A stretch of DNA of 64,000 nt from a virus. The DNA is taken from positions 73,095-137,094 of IMG/VR virus record IMGVR_UViG_3300042922_000836, one strand, 5' to 3'. The translations under genes and the position numbers were made by a program. Shown in pieces: positions 1 to 9,999 of this stretch (position 1 is its first letter; each line of letters begins with the position of its first letter). Below the pieces are notes generated by a model. That model was given only the letters and a program-made list of their open reading frames with translations. It ran no database searches and was not told the DNA's origin.

Positions 1-1091
1 AAAAGAGTATTTGTAAAATATCCGACACCAGAACCTCTTCCGCTATTTGTTATAATTCCACCCAGTTCTTCGGCTTTTTTTACAATTGCATAGTCAAATA
101 AGAAATAATCTGCCATACCTGTTTTTTTAATTACATCAACTTCATTTTTAACACCCTCATAATATCTGTCATATTCAGATTCAGGTATATTCTTCATATA
201 CTCTTTAAATTTTGCAGTAATCAATCTACTGTAAATTTTATTTTTTTCTTCTTGCGTATTATTTGGGTACACAGTTGGAAGTTTAATATCATTATTTAAT
301 ACAATATCTTCAAAACTTAAAACAATATCGGTATTATCCATGGCTCTTTTAATTTGCTCACTGTTTAAAATACCCTGTTTAATAAATCTATTTTTTGTTG
401 TTTCATCATCAGGATAATCCATAAACCAGCCATCTTCTTCATCATAATGAATACCTTTTGCCTCTAATACATAAGTCCTTTCTTTTTCCTGTTCAGGATA
501 AATATAGTGACTATCCATTCCGACAATAATATCAATTCCGTATTTTTCTGATAAATTAAGAATATATTTATTAATTATTCTCTGCTTATCCGTTAAATGA
601 TATTGCACTTCAAGCATTAAATTATCTTTAAAATGATTATGTAATTGCATGATAATTTCATCAATTTCAGCATACTGCCAGAAAGCAATACAGGCAGTAG
701 TTACAAACACATCATCAGGTGGAAGAGAAAGTAATAACTCAATATCAACTCTTGGTTTATAATAATAACCACTTTCGTTTGCATCGGAAAGAATACGATT
801 TATTGCTCTTCTTCCTGTTTCATTTTTAGCAAGAATAACAATATGTCCGTTTGTTCTATCTTTCTCAGAACGATCTTTAACCCAATATGCCTCAGTTCCA
901 AAAATAAATTTAAGGTTATATTTTTTTGCCATTTCATAGGTTTCATAGTAATAAGACTGCCATCCATGGTCTACACTTGATAATACTTTATGTCCTAATT
1001 CGATACATCTTTTTGCATAATCCTCATATGATGCGGCAGAATCAGGTGTAAATATATTTGAGTAATATGTATGTTTATGATAATTCTGCAT
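1..1091 (-). CDS. dnaE: DNA polymerase III alpha subunit (DnaE, SPbeta YorL-like), N-terminal part; runs off the window edge
   Basis: Not in the ORF track. Manual translation gives MQNYHKHTYYSN...DHG (PHP domain) and GRGSGVG near the edge; RBS AAGGAG upstream of ATG at 1091. Confidence 0.9.
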   Translation of the reverse strand, partial: MQNYHKHTYYSNIFTPDSAASYEDYAKRCIELGHKVLSSVDHGWQSYYYETYEMAKKYNLKFIFGTEAYWVKDRSEKDRTNGHIVILAKNETGRRAINRILSDANESGYYYKPRVDIELLLSLPPDDVFVTTACIAFWQYAEIDEIIMQLHNHFKDNLMLEVQYHLTDKQRIINKYILNLSEKYGIDIIVGMDSHYIYPEQEKERTYVLEAKGIHYDEEDGWFMDYPDDETTKNRFIKQGILNSEQIKRAMDNTDIVLSFEDIVLNNDIKLPTVYPNNTQEEKNKIYSRLITAKFKEYMKNIPESEYDRYYEGVKNEVDVIKKTGMADYFLFDYAIVKKAEELGGIITNSGRGSGVGYFTNTL

Positions 1092-1103
1092 TATATTACT
1101 CCT

Positions 1104-2201
1104 TTAAAATAAATCTTCATCGTTATTATTAAATTGTGAATCCTTTGTATCTAAAAACTTTTTAATATGAGGACATGATTTTCTATGATTGCACAAAACT
1201 GTACAAAAGAAAGTATCTTCGACAGCTTTACCGCTTTTATTGTATTTGGTGAAATTTTTTACTTTCCATTCACTCTCTTTGTCAGATTTATTTTCAAATC
1301 TTTTAATCATTTCCGTAATATATTCAATGGTTTCTCTTCTGACTTCATCTGTCAATTCGTATTTTCTCACATATGGTTTTATTGTATATTTGTCTATAAC
1401 ACTTGATGGTAAATTACTAAGTGAGTTATTTTTTAATGATTCTGTCAGCATATTTTCTACATCGAATTCATCATACCCTAAGTCATATAAGTTTTTTTCA
1501 AGATACGGTTTTAATTCTGATACAAGCTTACCACGATTAATTACTTTCGACTGCGTTGTTTCAGATTTAGAGGTTTTTTTGGTTTTTCCCATAAAAGTAA
1601 CTTCACAATATTTAACCATTATCCAAGCAACAAGCTTTACTTTGTTTCCCTCTTGCTCTTTAGCCATTGCATATAAACAAAGCTGTCTTCCCGCCTTAAT
1701 TAAGCTTTCATTGTCGAAATCAGTTGATGTTTTATAATCAAAGATTGAAATTGTATCATCATTATTATGCCTGATTAAATCAGTGTAACCTTGTAGATAT
1801 ACATCCTCATTCAGTTTATAAAGTATCAATTCCTCAGTAGTAAAGTATCCATATGGTCTTCTGTAATTTTCGCAGAAGTGGTTCATATCCTTTAACCAAT
1901 TTTCTCTTATTTTTTCATTGGGGAAATCTACTCCGACAAGGTCAAGTTCCTCCAGCTCTTTATGTAATGCAATTTTCAAATCTTCTTCAGTTGCCTCATC
2001 ATTCATAAGCAATTCCAAAGTATCATGAATAATTGAGCCGAGAATAGAATAAACACCGTCAATACCTTTATCATGTTTTATGTAAGTTCGCCATGCACTG
2101 TATTCACATTCATGAATTGTGTTTAGTTTGCTGATAGAGTAAATTCGTTTTTTTAATTCATATAACTTTTCAAGTCTTTCATCTTTTTCACGTATGCCTA
2201 T
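1104..2201 (-). CDS. PD-(D/E)XK nuclease, Cas4/AddB-like with Fe-S cysteines
   Basis: GYTDL...IFDYKTS...QLCLYA; C-terminal CTVLCNHRKSC. Frame is open upstream of the tracked start to an ATA at 2201 with RBS AGAAAGGAAG, adding YSIS...C...GSIIHD. Confidence 0.8.
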   Translation of the reverse strand: MGIREKDERLEKLYELKKRIYSISKLNTIHECEYSAWRTYIKHDKGIDGVYSILGSIIHDTLELLMNDEATEEDLKIALHKELEELDLVGVDFPNEKIRENWLKDMNHFCENYRRPYGYFTTEELILYKLNEDVYLQGYTDLIRHNNDDTISIFDYKTSTDFDNESLIKAGRQLCLYAMAKEQEGNKVKLVAWIMVKYCEVTFMGKTKKTSKSETTQSKVINRGKLVSELKPYLEKNLYDLGYDEFDVENMLTESLKNNSLSNLPSSVIDKYTIKPYVRKYELTDEVRRETIEYITEMIKRFENKSDKESEWKVKNFTKYNKSGKAVEDTFFCTVLCNHRKSCPHIKKFLDTKDSQFNNNDEDLF

Positions 2202-2216
2202 AATTATCTTCCTTTC

Positions 2217-3239
2217 TTATAACCATATTGTACATTCCTGAATGATTTTCTTAAAAATATCTTTTGGCATGTCACAAGGAGATAATTTACTGTCCTTTGG
2301 CAAATATTTATTTTCCAAATCATAAATAAAGCCAATTTGATTTTGAAACATCAAATTATCAACCTGTAATTTTTTACATTCCTCAATGATATCTTCGATT
2401 TTTAAACCTTCATCATAACATACAATGTATCTTTTAATTAATAAAGCTTTTAAATATTTTGCTTGTATGTCGGATATATGACAACCGCAACTTGCGACTG
2501 CATTGTTACAACCCATACTGAATAATTTCATTATTGATTTTTCACTTTCTACAATTAAACATAAATCTTTTTCTTGAATTGCCGAATAATTTTTAGCATA
2601 ACCATAGAGTGTTAAACTCCGACTACAAGGAATAATGGGTAAATATCTTTCCTCTTTTGCACAATGCTTATCATTTAATCTTCCCATTATTCCGATTAAT
2701 TTATTATCTAATGAATATTCAGGAATGGTAATCCTATTTGTTGTAAAATCATAACCAATACCGAATTCTTCTTGTGCTTGAAAGTCTATTCCGTCTTTAA
2801 AAAACAGCATATTATATTTGTTTTTATATGGCTCTAAAATGCTTTCAGGATATGTTTTCATAGATAGTTCAGGCTCTACAATATCTTTAAGAAGATCCTT
2901 ATAAAACCCGCCAAATGGAAATTTTACATCAGTTTGGAATTGAGATTTTTCCAACCCAGCTTTTTCTGTTATATAATCTAATGCTTGTAAAAAGCTTATT
3001 TCTTTCTTTTTCATGCATAAGGTATATAAATTTCCTTTATCATTATTGCTGAAACAATGGTATGACAAAGTATTTAAATTGAAAACAGTTGATGTAGGAT
3101 TTCTGCCTGATTCTCTTGCAAACCGTAATATTTCCTTTGTTTTATCATGAGAAATATTATCAAATCCCAAATCTTCCAATATTGAAATAACAGTTTCGGT
3201 GTTATTGCTTAAATAATCTGTTAATGCAATTAAATTGAT
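2217..3239 (-). CDS. DNA primase (DnaG-like TOPRIM, SPbeta YorJ-like)
   Basis: RITIPEY...GIMGR, IVESEKS, CYDEG motifs; next to helicase; likely start ATC at 3239 after GGAGGTG. Confidence 0.85.
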   Translation of the reverse strand: MNLIALTDYLSNNTETVISILEDLGFDNISHDKTKEILRFARESGRNPTSTVFNLNTLSYHCFSNNDKGNLYTLCMKKKEISFLQALDYITEKAGLEKSQFQTDVKFPFGGFYKDLLKDIVEPELSMKTYPESILEPYKNKYNMLFFKDGIDFQAQEEFGIGYDFTTNRITIPEYSLDNKLIGIMGRLNDKHCAKEERYLPIIPCSRSLTLYGYAKNYSAIQEKDLCLIVESEKSIMKLFSMGCNNAVASCGCHISDIQAKYLKALLIKRYIVCYDEGLKIEDIIEECKKLQVDNLMFQNQIGFIYDLENKYLPKDSKLSPCDMPKDIFKKIIQECTIWL

Positions 3240-3271
3240 GTAGCATCACCTCCCCTATCTTGCTTTATATT

Positions 3272-4741
3272 TTATTGGTGTGTATTGACTACTGTACAAT
3301 ATCCTACTTCAGTCCATTTATTATATCTGCCATTAAATTCATAGACCAACTGTACATTAGTTTCATCATTTCTACTTTTGTCTAAAAAGAATATTTTATA
3401 TGTTTTATTTTTATCAAGAGTTATCATTTTCCTGATTTTTGAATATTTACCGTTTTCATCTCTTTCAAGCTGATACGGTTTTACATCATATCTTTCGTTT
3501 TCAAATTCATCTGCCCATATATCACGAAAGTAAACCATTTCAGAAAATACTTCTTTTATTTGTTTAGCATTACTTAGACAACTTGCGTTTAAATACCTTT
3601 GATTTAAAGTGTGTAATGCCAACTGATATGTAGTGACAATTGCAATATTTTCTTTACTTGCAAGTTGCAATAATTTTCTTGACTGCATTAAAAGTTGTTG
3701 CCACATTGAATTATCATCAATTTCATCTTCACTTTTAAATGTGTCATACATAACCAAGTTATAACCAAGTTTGCTGTACTTTCGGATATATTTTGTAATC
3801 TTATTCATATCATTATCAAACATCTTATAAAACTTGATTGTCTTATATTTTTCATTGGCTATATCCTTTGCTTTATTTAACATATCAAGTTGTTCTTGTG
3901 TAAAATTGCCCATTTTAATTTTTTTACGAGTAAGATCCCAATAATTTAATTCTTGCGTTAAAATATGAATCAATAATAAAATTTTGAAAGCCTCTGATTT
4001 TTGTTCGTTACTTATGACAATACATTTGATACCACTTTCACAAGCTGGTATTATCATATTTTCAAAAACGAAAGATGATTTTCCACCACCTGAATAAGAA
4101 CTTAACATAAACAATTCAGATAAGGGAATTCCTAAAGTTAAATAATTTAATATTTTGCATATCTTTCCATAAGCAATTCCCATAGTTGAACCTTTATTAC
4201 ATTCGGCAATGAAATCATCATCTATTTCAAGAGTTTCAATATTCATATCATGACTTACATTTATCGCAACACTATTTAACTGATAATCAAAAAAATCATA
4301 AACATCTTGGCTTGTCATATTTTTGAATTTGTTTAAATTCTGCAAAATATTAAAACCTTTATCGTAATACTGTAACATTATATTTGCTTTAACAATTTTA
4401 TCGTGATAAGCATCAATATTATCTGTATTTATCAAATTTTTCAAATCTTCAACTGTCCTGCATCCACCCATTTCATCAAATTTTGATTTTACATTTGGCT
4501 TGTCCTGTAAAAACGTAAATATTGATACAGAATCAAAAGATTTAAATCCTTGATTATACATTTGTTTTCCGAGAGAAAAGTAAAATATGCCATCATCCGT
4601 TAATATTGTTTCGTCACCATTTTCATTTATCTTGCCATAATCATCATATAAATCAGGCTCTTTCCACAAACAAAAAATAAAGGAAGCCTCAATACTTTCT
4701 CTGCCATTAGTTAACTCTGCTGGATACTTTTTTAAATCTAT
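3272..4741 (-). CDS. Replicative DnaB-like helicase (SPbeta YorI-like)
   Basis: Walker A SYSGGGKSS, SNEQ, YDTFK, DKSRN; frame extends to ATA at 4741 overlapping the upstream TAG. Confidence 0.85.
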   Translation of the reverse strand: MDLKKYPAELTNGRESIEASFIFCLWKEPDLYDDYGKINENGDETILTDDGIFYFSLGKQMYNQGFKSFDSVSIFTFLQDKPNVKSKFDEMGGCRTVEDLKNLINTDNIDAYHDKIVKANIMLQYYDKGFNILQNLNKFKNMTSQDVYDFFDYQLNSVAINVSHDMNIETLEIDDDFIAECNKGSTMGIAYGKICKILNYLTLGIPLSELFMLSSYSGGGKSSFVFENMIIPACESGIKCIVISNEQKSEAFKILLLIHILTQELNYWDLTRKKIKMGNFTQEQLDMLNKAKDIANEKYKTIKFYKMFDNDMNKITKYIRKYSKLGYNLVMYDTFKSEDEIDDNSMWQQLLMQSRKLLQLASKENIAIVTTYQLALHTLNQRYLNASCLSNAKQIKEVFSEMVYFRDIWADEFENERYDVKPYQLERDENGKYSKIRKMITLDKNKTYKIFFLDKSRNDETNVQLVYEFNGRYNKWTEVGYCTVVNTHQ

Positions 4742-5259
4742 ACTTCGTCATCTCCTAAAAATTTACTTATATCTTTTCTATCTTTTTGATTATTGTTATT
4801 ATTAATATCTGCCATATCTCTTGCAGTGTCTATACATATAATTTTCATTTCACTGTTTTGCCTTGATTTTACACGTTTTTTATCTTCATATACTTGATTG
4901 ATATTGTTATTTATAATTCCAAAAATATAGGCTATTTTAAGACTTTCATTTTCAAAATCCTTTTGCCTTAATGCCTTTTTAATTTTTTCATCTTGCTGTT
5001 CGATTGTTTCTAAAATAACTTCATTACTATAAAAGTTAAGTTCATTTAATTTACGAGTTAATATTGTATTAAACTTTTGACCTTTTTCATAGTTCAAAAA
5101 TTCATAACAGATATGATCAACTATTTTTCTATATAAAGTTTTAGGTTTCTGAAATTCATCATAGACTTCTTGTGATTTATAATATTTATTCTTAATTTTA
5201 ATGAATTCATCAGTATAACCTATTTCGCCTGTTATTGTACATTTACATTTTCTTCTCAT
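4738..5259 (-). CDS. Replication-module protein (YorH-like position, possible helicase loader)
   Basis: Between AAA ATPase and helicase; ATG at 5259 preceded by GGGGGTG. Confidence 0.5.
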   Translation of the reverse strand: MRRKCKCTITGEIGYTDEFIKIKNKYYKSQEVYDEFQKPKTLYRKIVDHICYEFLNYEKGQKFNTILTRKLNELNFYSNEVILETIEQQDEKIKKALRQKDFENESLKIAYIFGIINNNINQVYEDKKRVKSRQNSEMKIICIDTARDMADINNNNNQKDRKDISKFLGDDEV

Positions 5260-5303
5260 ATTAACACCCCCAAGGAAAGGTGGGTAATACCCACCTATTT
5301 TAA

Positions 5304-6404
5304 TTACTGTTCTAAAAGTGCAACGATTTCGCAAAGAACATCAACAGGTAATTTTTCATCAGTAAATTTCTTACAATTGCTTTCGGCTAATTTTGCTTTT
5401 GCACTTGCTTTTACAGAATCTGATGCTTTAATGAATTTATCAGAAATAATGGCAAGATAATTTTGTCTTAAATCAATATTTGCGGTTTCATCATCGACTT
5501 CATGCTCTTTTTTTATTGCTATTTCTGCCTGTTTTTCATGCTGTTTTTCTTCTGCTTTTTTCATATTATTTAATTCACTTTCAGAAACAGGTTCTGTAAT
5601 TGAGTTTTTAACACCATATTCAAAAGCTTCAAGAAATGCCTCTGGTGATAAATCAATCTTTTCAGGTAATACAGTAAATCTGCTACCCGCATCGATAAAT
5701 GAATTACCTCTTAAATAAATAATTCTATGTTCACCGAGAATTTTACCGTCTACAATTTCTCTATCTATACCACCGACCATAACCATCTGTGCTGTATCGG
5801 CAATAGCAGAGTAAATATTGTCCTGAAGGTTATTTGTGATTTGTTCATACTTTTCACCACTGAATAAATCGGTTTTTTCCTTCAACTTTGTATGACACAG
5901 AATAAATACTGCTATACCAGCATTTCTTAAACGAGCCATTTGGTCATTTATAAGAAGTATTAATCTATCTTTGCCACGATTATAACCACCAAATGCATCA
6001 TTCAATGATTTACAAGGAGTACCTTTTTCTTTCTTATGTAATCTGAAAACTTCTTTTGTAGCCACATCAACCATTGTGTCGAAAGTATCAAAGCAAATTC
6101 CCTTTATACCATAAGTTTTATTATTTTCGACTATATCATCAACAATCTGTTCAAAACCTCTGGTTTCTGTTTCCTCATCATAATCCTGTGACCAATCTGT
6201 TGCAACTTCAACTTGTAAATTATCGAGTGAATGATAACCTTCCTCATTTCCAAAGGATACAAGCAATCCCTTTGTTTCATCACCCCATGCCTTTTTAACA
6301 AGCTTTGACCACCATGTAGTTTTACCAAATTTTCTTGGTGCAAGAAACATATAATGCGGATAACTACATAAATCCACTTTAACCTTATTCAATTTAAATC
6401 CCAT
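5304..6404 (-). CDS. AAA_24/Sak4-like ATPase (YorG-like)
   Basis: APRKFGKTT Walker A, FDTFD Walker B, ILCH, AGSR. Confidence 0.8.
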   Translation of the reverse strand: MGFKLNKVKVDLCSYPHYMFLAPRKFGKTTWWSKLVKKAWGDETKGLLVSFGNEEGYHSLDNLQVEVATDWSQDYDEETETRGFEQIVDDIVENNKTYGIKGICFDTFDTMVDVATKEVFRLHKKEKGTPCKSLNDAFGGYNRGKDRLILLINDQMARLRNAGIAVFILCHTKLKEKTDLFSGEKYEQITNNLQDNIYSAIADTAQMVMVGGIDREIVDGKILGEHRIIYLRGNSFIDAGSRFTVLPEKIDLSPEAFLEAFEYGVKNSITEPVSESELNNMKKAEEKQHEKQAEIAIKKEHEVDDETANIDLRQNYLAIISDKFIKASDSVKASAKAKLAESNCKKFTDEKLPVDVLCEIVALLEQ

Positions 6405-6430
6405 AATAAAATCCTTCTTTCTTTTTATAA

Positions 6431-6451
6431 GGTGGCAGATTGACTGCCACC
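6431..6451 (-). terminator. GC-rich hairpin between SSB-like and AAA genes
   Basis: GGTGGCAG-ATTGA-CTGCCACC perfect 8-bp stem; weak U-tract. Confidence 0.5.
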
Positions 6452-6467
6452 ATAATTTAATTTAATT

Positions 6468-7568
6468 TTAGAATAAATCAGAATCATCAACATCAGGCTT
6501 TTCTACTACTGTTTTTGTTTCAGGCTTGTCCTCTGCTTTTTTCATTACTTCCTCAAGATTTTCATCTTTGGTAGGAACAAAAATACTTTCTTCAAATTCT
6601 GACATTTTCATTTCTGAATCAATAATACCGTTTGCGAAATCACCTAAGAGTTTAGGATCGGCAAGTCTATATTCATTAATCTTTTCACCGACTATACTTC
6701 CTCTTGGCTTAAAATATTCAAGAGGATGAATATCAAGCTCAACCTGTTGTTTCTGTGCGGGAGTTAACATCGATTCATTAAATTCAACTTCTTCTGCACC
6801 ACGAATTAAGCGAACATCCCATAACATATGAGCCATTGTTTTGTTTTTTATATCGATATAATTCATTTTATAGTCGAATAATTTTTTATGGCTTTCGTTA
6901 TTTTCAAAGTCAAACTTAGAATAATTAAAAATAAGCTGTTGCGGAACGAATTTATTCTTTTCATCTTTATTTATGTACTGCTCGATAAAACCGTTTAAAT
7001 AAATCTTTTTATTTTCTTTCTGCTCAGATTTATCAATGCTATCCTTGTTGTAATAGAAATCAAAAGTGAGCAACAATTTATTTTTCTGTTCTTTATCAAC
7101 CGCATAAATATTCTGAAACTTGAATTTATCGTAATACTGATCCTTATACCATTCTTTGGCGAACTGTCCTATAACACAAACTTTGCCCTCATATTTCGGC
7201 AACCAATCTTTCAAAAAGACAAGAGCATCATACTGTGTAAGAAACTCTTTCCGACCACCAAAGTCTTCTCCAAGGTCTACTGTAAACTTTTTAAAACTTG
7301 CAATCTTTTTAAGCACATCTTCATCGAGCCTGTTTGCCCATTTTATTTCGATTTTTTCATTTTCAGTGTTCATAGATTGAATAACATCCTGAATACTATC
7401 AAATCCCTCAACAAAAGCCATATTGTTATCGCTTTCCTTGATACCGAAGTTTACACTTACCATTGCTTTTTTATTTTTGCCTGTCATTTCTTTAAAAAAA
7501 GGTCTTTTTGCATCCGTTTTCGGAATTAATATTGTTCCTGTAAAATTAAATCTTGCTGGTATACCCAT
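6468..7568 (-). CDS. Putative ssDNA-binding protein (YorF-like)
   Basis: Heads the replication module; acidic C-terminal tail DVDDSDLF typical of SSBs. Confidence 0.55.
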   Translation of the reverse strand: MGIPARFNFTGTILIPKTDAKRPFFKEMTGKNKKAMVSVNFGIKESDNNMAFVEGFDSIQDVIQSMNTENEKIEIKWANRLDEDVLKKIASFKKFTVDLGEDFGGRKEFLTQYDALVFLKDWLPKYEGKVCVIGQFAKEWYKDQYYDKFKFQNIYAVDKEQKNKLLLTFDFYYNKDSIDKSEQKENKKIYLNGFIEQYINKDEKNKFVPQQLIFNYSKFDFENNESHKKLFDYKMNYIDIKNKTMAHMLWDVRLIRGAEEVEFNESMLTPAQKQQVELDIHPLEYFKPRGSIVGEKINEYRLADPKLLGDFANGIIDSEMKMSEFEESIFVPTKDENLEEVMKKAEDKPETKTVVEKPDVDDSDLF

Positions 7569-7673
7569 TTGTTTTTCTCCTTTAAATTTTTAATATTTTT
7601 TAATTAATGTAATTATTGATAACATATTAAATCAGTAGTTGGTTTTAACCACCCCCTTTATGTAAATATTTAT

Positions 7674-7943
7674 TTAATCCCAACCACAGCAACCGCAACA
7701 GTAATTATCATATTCTTCATTAGGACTATATTCAAAAAAAGGCAAATCCCATTTACTATCTACGGTTTTGCTACAGAAAGAACACTTTGCTTTTCTTCCC
7801 TCTAATCCCTCATTTCCTATACATAATTTTTCAATTTCTTCATGCTCTTTTTTCATTCCGATGCAAATACCACATACTGGTTTATTGTTGCTATCTATTG
7901 CATTTGAAACATGTCCACATTTCATAAGATAAGCCATTTTCAA
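7674..7943 (-). CDS. Cys-rich hypothetical protein
   Basis: Several CxxC/CxH motifs; in operon. Confidence 0.55.
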   Translation of the reverse strand: MKMAYLMKCGHVSNAIDSNNKPVCGICIGMKKEHEEIEKLCIGNEGLEGRKAKCSFCSKTVDSKWDLPFFEYSPNEEYDNYCCGCCGWD

Positions 7944-8171
7944 CTTCCTTTACTATTTGAGCCAAAAAATGTATTAAACAATATTAAAAGTCCAATAGAT
8001 TGCCAGTATGTAATTGTGCCGAAATCGGTAATTTCAGGTATTATTCCATTCCATAACCAATATACAATCAATCCATTTATAAAAAATGCAAGAATAGTTC
8101 CAATAAAAGTAACAACACTGTCTGTAAGTTTATCATCTTTGTTTTCGTTATTTTTCATACGTTTTCCTTTC

Positions 8172-8438
8172 TTAATCGCCTTTATCTGATATATCATTAT
8201 TAAATTGTCTATCATTTTCAAGAACACATTCATGACAGGGATGAGTTTCATCATTTCTAACAGCATCTGTACATTCCATACAGAAAATATTATTTGTATT
8301 GCAGTCACTGATAAAACCGATACAATAAGGACAAAGTAACTTACCACAGATTGAACATCTATAATCATTTAAATCTTCTTCAGCAATTTCTTCATCACTA
8401 ATATCACAACCGCATACTTCACATTTTAAATTATCCAT
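8172..8438 (-). CDS. Zn-finger-like hypothetical protein
   Basis: Five CxxC motifs; RBS AAGGAG. Confidence 0.55.
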   Translation of the reverse strand: MDNLKCEVCGCDISDEEIAEEDLNDYRCSICGKLLCPYCIGFISDCNTNNIFCMECTDAVRNDETHPCHECVLENDRQFNNDISDKGD

Positions 8439-8470
8439 TGAATTACTCCTTCATCGTTATTTTTGCCATT

Positions 8471-8485
8471 ATTACTTTGAACGTT
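8471..8485 (-). promoter_or_regulatory. Operator-like motif AACG-N4-AAGTAAT
   Basis: Intergenic attactt-tgaa-cgtt. Confidence 0.6.
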
Positions 8486-8505
8486 TCAAGGTCAAAAAAT
8501 ATATG

Positions 8506-8739
8506 CTACATCCATTTACCAATAATCTTAGATACCATTGCAGTATATATTGAAATAATTATAATTACTATTACAAATATAATTATTGATAATCCTAATG
8601 ATATCCATAACGGTGAAAGCACCCATAACCAAGACCAATTAATTACTCCAAAACATTTCAATGCAACAAAGATTATTTCTAATAACCACACAGCACCTGA
8701 ACTAAAACCAAAAGTAACTTGGGCAGTATTTTTTTCCAT
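8506..8739 (-). CDS. Small membrane protein (WSWLWVLSPLW family)
   Basis: Two hydrophobic segments. Confidence 0.6.
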   Translation of the reverse strand: MEKNTAQVTFGFSSGAVWLLEIIFVALKCFGVINWSWLWVLSPLWISLGLSIIIFVIVIIIISIYTAMVSKIIGKWM

Positions 8740-8749
8740 TTTCTCACCT

Positions 8750-9151
8750 CTATTCTATAATTTCAAGTTCCATATAAATATCGCTTGGTACATCATCTTC
8801 CCAAATAATACTATTTTTTAAAATATAATTATTGTATGTACTTGCTGTTTTATTTGCTCTCATTTTAGCCTGTTCTGCCCAGCCCTGTTTTTCTTCCTTA
8901 TCACTGTCTTTATACTGTTCGTATGTAAGTTTATCAGTTTCATATGATGAAATCATTGCTCTGCATGTATCTTCAACCTTTTTTAAAGTCTTATAATTTG
9001 TGGCATCATCGGCTTTCTGAATGTCATATGCTCTTTTATTCCAAACTGCTCTGCCTTGCGGAGTTGCAACATAAAATATTGTTGCTCCGATTACGATAAC
9101 TAAGACTACAATTCCGATTATTTTATATGCTGTTTCACTCATTTTATTCAC
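8750..9151 (-). CDS. Membrane-anchored protein
   Basis: N-terminal TM helix; overlaps the lipoprotein gene. Confidence 0.65.
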   Translation of the reverse strand: MNKMSETAYKIIGIVVLVIVIGATIFYVATPQGRAVWNKRAYDIQKADDATNYKTLKKVEDTCRAMISSYETDKLTYEQYKDSDKEEKQGWAEQAKMRANKTASTYNNYILKNSIIWEDDVPSDIYMELEIIE

Positions 9152-9704
9152 CTGTTCCTACTTCATATTTAATAACAGGATCGTCAATTTCAAAAGGAAT
9201 ATCAGAATATAAATATGTACCTGTCCACTCTATGTATCTTCCATCTGGTGTAAAGAAGAATATTCCGTCTTGCTGATCACCGTAACAACCGTCTATATCT
9301 GCCAACCATTCTGTATATGAACCATTATACTCTTCACTGATAGGTGTTAAATAATTCGTTAAGCTTGTAACTTTACCCTCAACAATAAATCTGCCTATAA
9401 CCGCACCGTTGTCAGAAAACAATAATACATATCCTAAAGGCATATCTGCAATCGGACAAGGTAATGTTCTTGCCTTTTCTCTCTGTCCATTAACCCAATA
9501 TGTTTTTCTGATTATATTATATCGTTCCAATGAATAATCAATATCGGTTGGTGTCGGTTGATTTGCTTGAAGGATATCTGCCATATTTTTAGTGTTTAAT
9601 GTATCTTGATATGAGCCATCATCTAATAAGTCACACCCCATAAATGTTACCATTAATATGCCTACAATTAATACGCAAATGATTTTTTTAATAAGTTTCT
9701 TCAT
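9144..9704 (-). CDS. Lipoprotein
   Basis: MKK signal, hydrophobic stretch, lipobox FMGC. Confidence 0.7.
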   Translation of the reverse strand: MKKLIKKIICVLIVGILMVTFMGCDLLDDGSYQDTLNTKNMADILQANQPTPTDIDYSLERYNIIRKTYWVNGQREKARTLPCPIADMPLGYVLLFSDNGAVIGRFIVEGKVTSLTNYLTPISEEYNGSYTEWLADIDGCYGDQQDGIFFFTPDGRYIEWTGTYLYSDIPFEIDDPVIKYEVGTGE

Positions 9705-9979
9705 AATTTTTTTAATCTCCTTTAATTTATATGTTTTATTTTAATTTATTTATTAAGCCATCAAGAATAAGGTTTACTTGGTCAACATCATAAGGATCAT
9801 AATCCAAAAGACCACAAGGACATTTACAATGATACAAATAGTCCTCTTTATTTCCTGTTAATATATTTTCTACTTTAATACTGATTTCACTTCCGTTAGG
9901 TTCAATAACATATCTAACATTTCCAAATAAAATTTCTAATCTTTTCATTTAAATATCCTCTTTCTTCTTATAACGTTTA

Positions 9980-9994
9980 ATTACTTTAATCGTT
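9980..9994 (-). promoter_or_regulatory. Operator-like motif AACG-N4-AAGTAAT
   Basis: Intergenic attactt-taat-cgtt. Confidence 0.6.
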
Positions 9995-9999
9995 GTGAC

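Noticed and set aside
9969-9997. GTTATA box near the NAMPT stop
   Set aside because: No GTAAGGA at the required spacing.
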